Positions 1-15,841 of a stretch of DNA of 64,000 nt are shown in pieces. Within the stretch, counting starts at the first letter, position 1. Each line of letters opens with the position of its first letter. Location of the stretch: NCBI GenBank assembly GCA_964016885.1, contig OZ024759.1, positions 496,001 to 560,000 of the forward strand, in the 5' to 3' direction. The DNA comes from Eledone cirrhosa (taxonomy: Eukaryota). A program made the position numbers and the translations under genes. Below the pieces are notes generated by a model. The model was not told the origin of the DNA. It searched no databases and saw only the letters and a list, made by a program, of their open reading frames with translations.

Positions 1-3000
1 CATTTACAAAGTCTATATTAGTAGCATGACACAGTCTATATTAGTAACATGACACAGTCTATATTAGTAACATGACACAGTCTATATTAGTAACATGACA
101 AAGTCTATATTAGTAACATGACAAAGTCTATATTAGTAACATGAAACAGTCTATATTAGTAACATGACAATGTCTATATTAGTAGCATGACAAAGTCTAT
201 ATTAGTAGCATGACACAGTCTATATTAGTAACATGACACAGTCTATATTAGTAACATGACACAGTCTATATTAGTAAAATGACAAAGTCTATATTAGTAG
301 CATGACAAAGTCTATATTAGTAACATGACAAAGTCTATATTAGTAACATGACACAGTCTATATTAGTAACATGACAAAGTCTATATTAGTAACATGACAA
401 AGTCTATATTAGTAACATGAAACAGTCTATATTAGTAACATGACAAAGTCTATATTAGTAACATGACACTGTCTATATTAGTAACTTGACAAAGTCTATA
501 TTAGTAACATGACACAGTCTATATTAGTAACATGACACAGTCTATATTAGTAACATGACAAAGTCTATATTAGTAGCATGACAAAGTCTATATTAGTAAC
601 ATGACAAAGTCTATATTAGTAACATGACACAGTCTATATTAGTAACATGACAAAGACTATATTAGTAACATGACACAGTCTATATTAGTAACATGACAAA
701 GTCTATATTAGTAACATGACAGTCTATATTAGTAACATGACAGTCTATATTAGTAGCATGACAAAGTGTATATTAGTAACATGACAAAGTCATATTAGTA
801 ACATGACACAGTCTATATTAGTAACATGACAAAGTCTATATTAGTAACATGACACAGTCTATATTAGTAACATGACACAGTCTATATTAGTAACATGACA
901 AAGTCTATATTAGTAACATGACAAAGTCTATATTAGTAACATGACACAGTCTATATTAGTAACATGACACAGTCTATATTAGTAACATGACATAGTCTAT
1001 ATTAGTAACATGACAAAGTCTATATTAGTAACATGACAGTCTATATTGTAACATGATACAGTCTATATTAGTAACATGACACAGTCTATATTAGTAACAT
1101 GACAGTCTATATTAGTAACATGACAAAGTCTATATTAGTAACATGACAAAGTCTATATTAGTAACATGACAAAGTCTATATTAGTAACATGACAAAGTCT
1201 ATATTAGTAACTTGACACAGTCTATATTAGTAACATGACATAGTCTATATTAGTAACATGACAAAGTCTATATTAGTAGCATGACACAGTCTATATTAGT
1301 AACATGACACAGTCTATATTAGTAACATGACAGTCTATATTAGTAACATGACAAAGTCTATATTAGTAGCATGACAAAGTCTATATTAGTAACATGACAC
1401 AGTCTATATTAGTAACATGACAATCTATATTAGTAACATGACACAGTCTATATTAGTAACATGACAAAGTCTATATTAGTAACATGACAGTCTATATTAG
1501 TAACATGACACAGTCTATATTAGTAACATGACAAAGTCTATATTAGTAGCATGACAAAGTCTATATTAGTAACATGACAGTCTATATTAGTAACATGACA
1601 AAGTCTATATTAGTAGCATGACAAAGTCTATATTAGTAGCATGACACAGTCTATATTAGTAACATGACACAGTCTATATCCAGTAACATGACACAGTCTA
1701 TATTAGTAACATGACAAAGTCTATATTAGTAGCATGACAAAGTCTATATTAGTAACATGACAAAGTCTATATTAGTAACATGACACAGTCTATATTAGTA
1801 ACATGACAAAGTCTATATTAGTAACATGACAAAGTCTATATTAGTAACATGAAACAGTCTATATTAGTAACATGACAAAGTCTATATTAGTAACATGACA
1901 CTGTCTATATTAGTAACTTGACAAAGTCTATATTAGTAACATGACACAGTCTATATTAGTAAAATGACACAGTCTATATTAGTAACATGACAAAGTCTAT
2001 ATTAGTAGCATGACAAAGTCTATATTAGTAACATGACAAAGTCTATATTAGTAACATGACACAGTCTATATTAGTAACATGACAAAGACTATATTAGTAA
2101 CATGACACAGTCTATATTAGTAACATGACAAAGTCTATATTAGTAACATGACAGTCTATATTAGTAACATGACAGTCTATATTAGTAGCATGACAAAGTC
2201 TATATTAGTAACATGACAAAGTCATATTAGTAACATGACACAGTCTATATTAGTAACATGACAAAGTCTATATTAGTAACATGACACAGTCTATATTAGT
2301 AACATGACAAAGTCTATATTAGTAACATGACACAGTCTATATTAGTAACATGACATAGTCTATATTAGTAACATGACAAAGTCTATATTAGTAGCATGAC
2401 ACAGTCTATATTAGTAACATGACGAAGTCTATATCAGTAGCATGACAAAGTCTATATTAGTAACATGACAGTCTATATTAGTAACATGACAAACTCTATA
2501 TTAGTAGCATGACAAAGTCTATATTAGTAGCATGACACAGTCTATATTAGTAACATGACACAGTCTATATTAGTAACATGACACAGTCTATATTAGTAAC
2601 ATGACAAAGTCTATATTAGTAGCATGACAAAGTCTATATTAGTAACATGACAAAGTCTATATTAGTAACATGACACAGTCTATATTAGTAACATGACAAA
2701 GTCTATATTAGTAACATGACAAAGTCTATATTAGTAACATGAAACAGTCTATATTAGTAACATGACAAAGTCTATATTAGTAACATGACACTGTCTATAT
2801 TAGTAACTTGACAAAGTCTATATTAGTAACATGACACAGTCTATATTAGTAACATGACACAGTCTATATTAGTAACATGACAAAGTCTATATTAGTAGCA
2901 TGACAAAGTCTATATTAGTAACATGACAAAGTCTATATTAGTAACATGACACAGTCTATATTAGTAACATGACAAAGACTATATTAGTAACATGGCACAG

Positions 3001-4469
3001 TCTATATTAGTAACATGACAAAGTCTATATTAGTAACATGACAGTCTATATTAGTAACATGACAGTCTATATTAGTAGCATGACAAAGTCTATATTAGTA
3101 ACATGACAAAGTCATATTAGTAACATGACACAGTCTATATTAGTAACATGACAAAGTCTATATTAGTAACATGACACAGTCTATATTAGTAACATGACAC
3201 AGTCTATATTAGTAACATGACAAAGTCTATATTAGTAACATGACAAAGTCTATATTAGTAACATGACACAGTCTATATTAGTAACATGACACAGTCTATA
3301 TTAGTAACATGACATAGTCTATATTAGTAACATGACAAAGTCTATATTAGTAACATGACAGTCTATATTGTAACATGACACAGTCTATATTAGTAACATG
3401 ACACAGTCTATATTAGTAACATGACAGTCTATATTAGTAACATGACAAAGTCTATATTAGTAACATGACAAAGTCTATATTAGTAACATGACAAAGTCTA
3501 TATTAGTAACATGACAAAGTCTATATTAGTAACTTGACACAGTCTATATTAGTAACATGACATAGTCTATATTAGTAACATGACAAAGTCTATATTAGTA
3601 GCATGACAAAGTCTATATTAGTAACATGACAGTCTATATTAGTAACATGACAAAGTCTATATTAGTAGCATGACAAATTCTATATTAGTAGCATGACACA
3701 GTCTATATTAGTAACATGACACAGTCTATATTAGTAACATGACACAGTCTATATTAGTAACATGACAAAGTCTATATTAGTAGCATGACAAAGTCTATAT
3801 TAGTAACATGACAAAGTCTATATTAGTAACATGACACAGTCTATATTAGTAACATGACAAAGTCTATATTAGTAACATGACAAAGTCTATATTAGTAACA
3901 TGACACAGTCTATATTAGTAACATGACACAGTCTATATTAGTAACATGACAAAGTCTATATTAGTAGCATGACAAAGTCTATATTAGTAACATGACAAAG
4001 TCTATATTAGTAACATGACACAGTCTATATTAGTAACATGACAAAGACTATATTAGTAACATGACACAGTCTATATTAGTAACATGACAAAGTCTATATT
4101 AGTAACATGACAGTCTATATTAGTAACATGACAGTCTATATTAGTAGCACGACAAAGTCTATATTAGTAACATGACAAAGTCATATTAGTAACATGACAC
4201 AGTCTATATTAGTAACATGACAAAGTCTATATTAGTAACATGACACAGTCTATATTAGTAACATGACAAAGTCTATATTAGTAACATGACACAGTCTATA
4301 TTAGTAACATGACATAGTCTATATTAGTAACATGACAAAGTCTATATTAGTAGCATGACACAGTCTATATTAGTAACATGACACAGTCTATATTAGTAAC
4401 ATGACAGTCTATATTAGTAACATGACAAAGTCTATATTAGTAGCATGACAAAGTCTATATTAGTAACAT

Positions 4470-7400
4470 GACACAGTCTATATTAGTAACATTACAGTCT
4501 ATATTAGTAACATGACACAGTCTATATTAGTAACATGACGAAGTCTATATTAGTAGCATGACAAAGTCTATATTAGTAACATGACAGTCTATATTAGTAA
4601 CATGACAAAGTCTATATTAGTAGCATTTTCAAAGTCTATATTAGTAGCATGATACAGTCTATATTAGTAACATGACACAGTCTATATTAGTAACATGACA
4701 CAGTCTATATTAGTAACATGACAAAGTCTATATTAGTAGCATGACAAAGTCTATACTAGTAACATGACAAAGTCTATATTAGTAACATGACACAGTCTAT
4801 ATTAGTAACATGACAAAGTCTATATTAGTAACATAACAAAGTCTATATTAGTAACATGAAACAGTCTATATTAGTAACATGACAAAGTCTATATTAGTAA
4901 CATGACACTGTCTATATTAGTAACTTGACAAAGTCTATATTAGTAACATGACACAGTCTATATTAGTAACATGACACAGTCTATATTAGTAACATGACAA
5001 AGTCTATATTAGTAGCATGACAAAGTCTTTATTAGTAACATGACAAAGTCTATATTAGTAACATGACACAGTCTATATTAGTAACATGACAAAGACTATA
5101 TTAGTAACATGACACAGTCTATATTAGTAACATGACAAAGTCTATATTAGTAACATGACAGTCTATATTAGTAACATGACAGTCTATATTAGTAGCATGA
5201 CAAAGTCTATATTAGTAACATGACAAAGTCATATTAGTAACATGACACAGTCTATATTAGTAACATGACACAGTCTATATTAGTAACATGACACAGTCTA
5301 TATTAGTAACATGACACAGTCTATATTAGTAACATGACAAAGTCTATATTAGTAACATGACAAAGTCTATATTAGTAACATGACAGTTTATATTAGTAAC
5401 ATGACACAGTCTATATTAGTAACATGACATAGTCTATATTAGTAACATGACAAAGTCTATATTAGTAACATGACAGTCTATATTGTAACATGACACAGTC
5501 TATATTAGTAACATGACACAGTCTATATTAGTAACATGACAGTCTATATTAGTAACATGACAAAGTCTATATTAGTAACATGACAAAGTCTATATTAGTA
5601 GCATGACAAAGTCTATATTAGTAACATGACAAAGTCTATATTAGTAACATGACACAGTCTATATTAGTAACATGACACAGTCTATATTAGTAACATGACA
5701 AAGTCTATATTAGTAGCATGACAAAGTCTATACTAGTAACATGACAAAGTCTATATTAGTAACATGACAAAGTCTATATTAGTAACATGACACAGTCTAT
5801 ATTAGTAACATGACAAAGACTATATTAGTAACATGACATAGTCTATATTAGTAACATGACAAAGTCTATATTAGTAACATGACAGTCTATATTGTAACAT
5901 GACACAGTCTATATTAGTAACATGACACAGTCTATATTAGTAACATGACAGTCTATATTAGTAACATGACAAAGTCTATATTAGTAACATGACAAAGACT
6001 ATATTAGTAACATGACACAGTCTATATTAGTAACATGACAAAGTCTATATTAGTAACATGACAGTCTATATTAGTAACATGACAGTCTATATTAGTAGCA
6101 CGACAAAGTCTATATTAGTAACATGACAAAGTCATATTAGTAACATGACACAGTCTATATTAGTAACATGACAAAGTCTATATTAGTAACATGACACAGT
6201 CTATATTAGTAACATGACAAAGTCTATATTAGTAACATGACACAGTCTATATTAGTAACATGACATAGTCTATATTAGTAACATGACAAAGTCTATATTA
6301 GTAGCATGACACAGTCTATATTAGTAACATGACACAGTCTATATTAGTAACATGACAGTCTATATTAGTAACATGACAAAGTCTATATTAGTAGCATGAC
6401 AAAGTCTATATTAGTAACATGACACAGTCTATATTAGTAACATTACAGTCTATATTAGTAACATGACACAGTCTATATTAGTAACATGACGAAGTCTATA
6501 TTAGTAGCATGACAAAGTCTATATTAGTAACATGACAGTCTATATTAGTAACATGACAAAGTCTATATTAGTAGCATTTACAAAGTCTATATTAGTAGCA
6601 TGACACAGTCTATATTAGTAACATGACACAGTCTATATTAGTAACATGACACAGTCTATATTAGTAACATGACAAAGTCTATATTAGTAGCATGACAAAG
6701 TCTATATTAGTAACATGACAAAGTCTATATTAGTAACATGACACAGTCTATATTAGTAACATGACAAAGTCTATATTAGTAACATGACAAAGTCTATATT
6801 AGTAACATGAAACAGTCTATATTAGTAACATGACAAAGTCTATATTAGTAACATGACACTGTCTATATTAGTAACTTGACAAAGTCTATATTAGTAACAT
6901 GACACAGTCTATATTAGTAACATGACACAGTCTATATTAGTAACATGACAAAGTCTATATTAGTAGCATGACAAAATCTTTATTAGTAACATGACAAAGT
7001 CTATATTAGTAACATGACACAGTCTATATTAGTAACATGACAAAGACTATATTAGTAACATGACACAGTCTATATTAGTAACATGACAAAGTCTATATTA
7101 GTAACATGACAGTCTATATTAGTAACATGACAGTCTATATTAGTAGCATGACAAAGTCTATATTAGTAACATGACAAAGTCATATTAGTAACATGACACA
7201 GTCTATATTAGTAACATGACACAGTCTATATTAGTAACATGACACAGTCTATATTAGTAACATGACACAGTCTATATTAGTAACATGACAAAGTCTATAT
7301 TAGTAACATGACAAAGTCTATATTAGTAACATGACAGTTTATATTAGTAACATGACACAGTCTATATTAGTAACATGACATAGTCTATATTAGTAACATG

Positions 7401-10400
7401 ACAAAGTCTATATTAGTAACATGACAGTCTATATTGTAACATGACACAGTCTATATTAGTAACATGACACAGTCTATATTAGTAACATGACAGTCTATAT
7501 TAGTAACATGACAAAGTCTATATTAGTAACATGACAAAGTCTATATTAGTAGCATGACAAAGTCTATATTAGTAACATGACAAAGTCTATATTAGTAACA
7601 TGACACAGTCTATATTAGTAACATGACACAGTCTATATTAGTAACATGACAAAGTCTATATTAGTAGCATGACAAAGTCTATATTAGTAACATGACAAAG
7701 TCTATATTAGTAACATGACACAGTCTAATATTAGTAACATGACAAAGTCTATATTAGTAACATGACAAAGTCTATATTAGTAACATGAAACAGTCTATAT
7801 TAGTAACATGACAAAGTCTATATTAGTAACATGACACTGTCTATATTAGTAACTTGACAAAGTCTATATTAGTAACATGACACAGTCTATATTAGTAACA
7901 TGACACAGTCTATATTAGTAACATGACAAAGTCTATATTAGTAGCATGACAAAGTCTATATTAGTAGCATGACACAGTCTATATTAGTAACATGACACAG
8001 TCTATATTAGTAACATGACACAGTCTATATTAGTAACATGACAGTCTATATTAGTAACATGACACAGTCTATATTAGTAACATGACGAAGTCTATATTAG
8101 TAGCATGACAAAGTCTATATTAGTAACATGACAGTCTATATTAGTAACATGACAAAGTCTATATTAGTAGCATTTACAAAGTCTATATTAGTAACATGAC
8201 AAAGTCTATATTAGTAACATGACAAAGTCTATATTAGTAACATGACACAGTCTATATTAGTAACATGACACAGTCTATATTAGTAACATGACAAAGTCTA
8301 TATTAGTAACATGACAGTCTATATTAGTAACATGACAGTCTATATTAGTAGCACGACAAAGTCTATATTAGTAACATGACAAAGTCATATTAGTAACATG
8401 ACACAGTCTATATTAGTAACATGACAAAGTCTATATTAGTAACATGACACAGTCTATATTAGTAACATGACAAAGTCTATATTAGTAACATGACACAGTC
8501 TATATTAGTAACATGACATAGTCTATATTAGTAACATGACAAAGTCTATATTAGTAGCATGACACAGTCTATATTAGTAACATGACACAGTCTATATTAG
8601 TAACATGACAGTCTATATTAGTAACATGACAAAGTCTATATTAGTAGCATGACAAAGTCTATATTAGTCACATGACACAGTCTATATTAGTAACATGACA
8701 GTCTATATTAGTAACATGACACAGTCTATATTAGTAACATGACACAGTCTATATAAGTAACATGACAAAGTCTATATTAGTAGCATGACAAAGTCTATAT
8801 TAGTAACATGACAAAGTCTATATTAGTAACATGACACAGTCTATATTAGTAACATGACAAAGTCTATATTAGTAACATGACAAAGTCTATATTAGTAACA
8901 TGACACAGTCTATATTAGTAACATGACACAGTCTATATTAGTAACATGACAAAGTCTATATTAGTAGCATGACAAAGTCTATATTAGTAACATGACAAAG
9001 ACTATATTAGTAACATGACACAGTCTATATTAGTAACATGACAAAGTCTATATTAGTAACATGACAGTCTATATTAGTAACATGACAGTCTATATTAGTA
9101 GCACGACAAAGTCTATATTAGTAACATGACAAAGTCATATTAGTAACATGACACAGTCTATATTAGTAACATGACAAAGTCTATATTAGTAACATGACAC
9201 AGTCTATATTAGTAACATGACAAAGTCTATATTAGTAACATGACACAGTCTATATTAGTAACATGACTTAGTCTATATTAGTAACATGACAAAGTCTATA
9301 TTAGTAGCATGACACAGTCTATATTAGTAACATGACACAGTCTATATTAGTAACATGACAGTCTATATTAGTAACATGACAAAGTCTATATTAGTAGCAT
9401 GACAAAGTCTATATTAGTAACATGACACAGTCTATATTAGTAACATTACAGTCTATATTAGTAACATGACACAGTCTATATTAGTAACATGACGAAGTCT
9501 ATATTAGTAGCATGACAAAGTCTATATTAGTAACATGACAGTCTATATTAGTAACATGACAAAGTCTATATTAGTAGCATTTACAAAGTCTATATTAGTA
9601 GCATGACACAGTCTATATTAGTAACATGACACAATCTATATTAGTAACATGACACAGTCTATATTAGTAACATGACAAAGTCTATATTAGTAGCATGACA
9701 AAGTCTATATTAGTAACATGACACAGTCTATATTAGTAACATTACAGTCTATATTAGTAACATGACACAGTCTATATTAGTAACATGACGAAGTCTATAT
9801 TAGTAGCATGACAAAGTCTATATTAGTAACATGACAGTCTATATTAGTAACATGACAAAGTCTATATTAGTAGCATTTACAAAGTCTATATTAGTAGCAT
9901 GATACAGTCTATATTAGTAACATGACACAGTCTATATTAGTAACATGACACAGTCTATATTAGTAACATGACAAAGTCTATATTAGTAGCATGACAAAGT
10001 CTATACTAGTAACATGACAAAGTCTATATTAGTAACATGACACAGTCTATATTAGTAACATGACAAAGTCTATATTAGTAACATAACAAAGTCTATATTA
10101 GTAACATGAAACAGTCTATATTAGTAACATGACAAAGTCTATATTAGTAACATGACACTGTCTATATTAGTAACTTGACAAAGTCTATATTAGTAACATG
10201 ACACAGTCTATATTAGTAACATGACACAGTCTATATTAGTAACATGACAAAGTCTATATTAGTAGCATGACAAAGTCTTTATTAGTAACATGACAAAGTC
10301 TATATTAGTAACATGACACAGTCTATATTAGTAACATGACAAAGACTATATTAGTAACATGACACAGTCTATATTAGTAACATGACAAAGTCTATATTAG

Positions 10401-10950
10401 TAACATGACAGTCTATATTAGTAACATGACAGTCTATATTAGTAGCATGACAAAGTCTATATTAGTAACATGACAAAGTCATATTAGTAACATGACACAG
10501 TCTATATTAGTAACATGACACAGTCTATATTAGTAACATGACACAGTCTATATTAGTAACATGACACAGTCTATATTAGTAACATGACAAAGTCTATATT
10601 AGTAACATGACAAAGTCTATATTAGTAACATGACAGTTTATATTAGTAACATGACACAGTCTATATTAGTAACATGACATAGTCTATATTAGTAACATGA
10701 CAAAGTCTATATTAGTAACATGACAGTCTATATTGTAACATGACACAGTCTATATTAGTAACATGACACAGTCTATATTAGTAACATGACAGTCTATATT
10801 AGTAACATGACAAAGTCTATATTAGTAACATGACAAAGTCTATATTAGTAGCATGACAAAGTCTATATTAGTAACATGACAAAGTCTATATTAGTAACAT
10901 GACACAGTCTATATTAGTAACATGACACAGTCTATATTAGTAACATGACA
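4470..10950 (+). repeat. Dispersed duplication within the array: ~4.47-5.7 kb copied at ~9.72-10.95 kb (offset 5,250 bp)
   Basis: Rare variants recur at a constant offset of 5,250: GATACAG (4651/9901), CTATACTAGT (4751/10001), ACATAACAAA (4831/10081), AAAGTCTTTATT (~5022/10272). Confidence 0.85.
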
Positions 10951-13900
10951 AAGTCTATATTAGTAGCATGACAAAGTCTATATTAGTAACATGACAAAGT
11001 CTATATTAGTAACATGACACAGTCTATATTAGTAACATGACAAAGTCTATATTAGTAACATGACAAAGTCTATATTAGTAACATGAAACAGTCTATATTA
11101 GTAACATGACAAAGTCTATATTAGTAACATGACACTGTCTATATTAGTAACTTGACAAAGTCTATATTAGTAACATGACACAGTCTATATTAGTAACATG
11201 ACACAGTCTATATTAGTAACATGACAAAGTCTATATTAGTAGCATGACAAAGTCTATATTAGTAGCATGACACAGTCTATATTAGTAACATGACACAGTC
11301 TATATTAGTAACATGACACAGTCTATATTAGTAACATGACAGTCTATATTAGTAACATGACACAGTCTATATTAGTAACATGACGAAGTCTATATTAGTA
11401 GCATGACAAAGTCTATATTAGTAACATGACAGTCTATATTAGTAACATGACAAAGTCTATATTAGTAGCATTTACAAAGTCTATATTAGTAACATAACAA
11501 AGTCTATATTAGTAACATGACAAAGTCTATATTAGTAACATGACACAGTCTATATTAGTAACATGACACAGTCTATATTAGTAACATGACAAAGTCTATA
11601 TTAGTAACATGACAGTCTATATTAGTAACATGACAGTCTATATTAGTAGCACGACAAAGTCTATATTAGTAACATGACAAAGTCATATTAGTAACATGAC
11701 ACAGTCTATATTAGTAACATGACAAAGTCTATATTAGTAACATGACACAGTCTATATTAGTAACATGACAAAGTCTATATTAGTAACATGACACAGTCTA
11801 TATTAGTAACATGACATAGTCTATATTAGTAACATGACAAAGTCTATATTAGTAGCATGACACAGTCTATATTAGTAACATGACACAGTCTATATTAGTA
11901 ACATGACAGTCTATATTAGTAACATGACAAAGTCTATATTAGTAGCATGACAAAGTCTATATTAGTCACATGACACAGTCTATATTAGTAACATGACAGT
12001 CTATATTAGTAACATGACACAGTCTATATTAGTAACATGACACAGTCTATATAAGTAACATGACAAAGTCTATATTAGTAGCATGACAAAGTCTATATTA
12101 GTAACATGACAAAGTCTATATTAGTAACATGACACAGTCTATATTAGTAACATGACAAAGTCTATATTAGTAACATGACAAAGTCTATATTAGTAACATG
12201 ACACAGTCTATATTAGTAACATGACACAGTCTATATTAGTAACATGACAAAGTCTATATTAGTAGCATGACAAAGTCTATATTAGTAACATGACAAAGTC
12301 TATATTAGTAACATGACACAGTCTATATTAGTAACATGACAAAGACTATATTAGTAACATGACACAGTCTATATTAGTAACATGACAAAGTCTATATTAG
12401 TAACATGACAGTCTATATTAGTAACATGACAGTCTATGTTAGTAGCACGACAAAGTCTATATTAGTAACATGACAAAGTCATATTAGTAACATGACACAG
12501 TCTATATTAGTAACATGACAAAGTCTATATTAGTAACATGACACAGTCTATATTAGTAACATGACAAAGTCTATATTAGTAACATGACACAGTCTATATT
12601 AGTAACATGACTTAGTCTATATTAGTAACATGACAAAGTCTATATTAGTAGCATGACACAGTCTATATTAGTAACATGACACAGTCTATATTAGTAACAT
12701 GACAGTCTATATTAGTAACATGACAAAGTCTATATTAGTAGCATGACAAAGTCTATATTAGTAACATGACACAGTCTATATTAGTAACATTACAGTCTAT
12801 ATTAGTAACATGACACAGTCTATATTAGTAGCATTTACAAAGTCTATATTAGTAGCATGACACAGTCTATATTAGTAACATGACACAATCTATATTAGTA
12901 ACATGACACAGTCTATATTAGTAACATGACAAAGTCTATATTAGTAGCATGACAAAGTCTATATTAGTAACATGACAAAGTCTATATTAGTAACATGACA
13001 CAGTCTATATTAGTAACATGACAAAGTCTATATTAGTAACATGACAAAGTCTATATTAGTAACATGAAACAGTCTATATTAGTAACATGACAAAGTCTAT
13101 ATTAGTAACATGACACTGTCTATATTAGTAACTTGACAAAGTCTATATTAGTAACATGACACAGTCTATATTAGTAACATGACACAGTCTATATTAGTAA
13201 CATGACAAAGACTATATTAGTAACATGACACAGTCTATATTAGTAACATGACAAAGTCTATATTAGTAACATGACAGTCTATATTAGTAACATGACAGTC
13301 TATATTAGTAGCATGACAAAGTCTATATTAGTAACATGACAAAGTCATATTAGTAACATGACACAGTCTATATTAGTAACATGACACAGTCTATATTAGT
13401 AACATGACACAGTCTATATTAGTAACATGACACAGTCTATATTAGTAACATGACAAAGTCTATATTAGTAACATGACAGTTTATATTAGTAACATGACAC
13501 AGTCTATATTAGTAACATGACATAGTCTATATTAGTAACATGACAAAGTCTATATTAGTAACATGACAGTCTATATTGTAACATGACACAGTCTATATTA
13601 GTAACATGACACAGTCTATATTAGTAACATGACAGTCTATATTAGTAACATGACAAAGTCTATATTAGTAACATGACAAAGTCTATATTAGTAGCATGAC
13701 AAAGTCTATATTAGTAACATGACAAAGTCTATATTAGTAACATGACACAGTCTATATTAGTAACATGACACAGTCTATATTAGTAACATGACAAAGTCTA
13801 TATTAGTAGCATGACAAAGTCTATATTAGTAACATGACAAAGTCTATATTAGTAACATGACACAGTCTATATTAGTAACATGACAAAGTCTATATTAGTA

Positions 13901-15841
13901 ACATGACAAAGTCTATATTAGTAACATGAAACAGTCTATATTAGTAACATGACAAAGTCTATATTAGTAACATGACACTGTCTATATTAGTAACTTGACA
14001 AAGTCTATATTAGTAACATGACACAGTCTATATTAGTAACATGACACAGTCTATATTAGTAACATGACAAAGTCTATATTAGTAGCATGACAAAGTCTAT
14101 ATTAGTAACATGACAAAGTCTATATTAGTAACATGACACAGTCTATATTAGTAACATGACAAAGTCTATATTAGTAACATGACACAGTCTATATTAGTAA
14201 CTTGACAAAGTCTATATTAGTAACATGACACAGTCTATATTAGTAACATGACATAGTCTATATTAGTAACATGACAAAGTCTATATTAGTAGCATGACAC
14301 AGTCTATATTAGTAACATGACACAGTCTATATTAGTAACATGACAGTCTATATTAGTAACATGACAAAGTCTATATTAGTAGCATGACAAAGTCTATATT
14401 AGTCACATGACACAGTCTATATTAGTAACATGACAGTCTATATTAGTAACATGACACAGTCTATATTAGTAACATGACACAGTCTATATAAGTAACATGA
14501 CAAAGTCTATATTAGTAGCATGACAAAGTCTATATTAGTAACATGACAAAGTCTATATTAGTAACATGACACAGTCTATATTAGTAACATGACAAAGTCT
14601 ATATTAGTAACATGACAAAGTCTATATTAGTAACATGACACAGTCTATATTAGTAACATGACACAGTCTATATTAGTAACATGACAAAGTCTATATTAGT
14701 AGCATGACAAAGTCTATATTAGTAACATGACAAAGTCTATATTAGTAACATGACACAGTCTATATTAGTAACATGACAAAGACTATATTAGTAACATGAC
14801 ACAGTCTATATTAGTAACATGACAAAGTCTATATTAGTAACATGACAGTCTATATTAGTAACATGACAGTCTATGTTAGTAGCACGACAAAGTCTATATT
14901 AGTAACATGACAAAGTCATATTAGTAACATGACACAGTCTATATTAGTAACATGACAAAGTCTATATTAGTAACATGACACAGTCTATATTAGTAACATG
15001 ACACAGTCTATATTAGTAACATGACAAAGTCTATATTAGTAGCATGACAAAGTCTATATTAGTAACATGACAAAGTCTATATTAGTAACATGACACAGTC
15101 TATATTAGTAACATGACAAAGTCTATATTAGTAACATGACAAAGTCTATATTAGTAACATGAAACAGTCTATATTAGTAACATGACAAAGTCTATATTAG
15201 TAACATGACACTGTCTATATTAGTAACTTGACAAAGTCTATATTAGTAACATGACACAGTCTATATTAGTAACATGACACAGTCTATATTAGTAACATGA
15301 CAAAGTCTATATTAGTAGCATGACAAAGTCTATATTAGTAGCATGACACAGTCTATATTAGTAACATGACACAGTCTATATTAGTAACATGACACAGTCT
15401 ATATTAGTAACATGACAGTCTATATTAGTAACATGACACAGTCTATATTAGTAACATGACGAAGTCTATATTAGTAGCATGACAAAGTCTATATTAGTAA
15501 CATGACAGTCTATATTAGTAACATGACAAAGTCTATATTAGTAGCATTTACAAAGTCTATATTAGTAACATAACAAAGTCTATATTAGTAACATGACAAA
15601 GTCTATATTAGTAACATGACACAGTCTATATTAGTAACATGACACAGTCTATATTAGTAACATGACAAAGTCTATATTAGTAACATGACAGTCTATATTA
15701 GTAACATGACAGTCTATATTAGTAGCACGACAAAGTCTATATTAGTAACATGACAAAGTCATATTAGTAACATGACACAGTCTATATTAGTAACATGACA
15801 AAGTCTATATTAGTAACATGACACAGTCTATATTAGTAACA

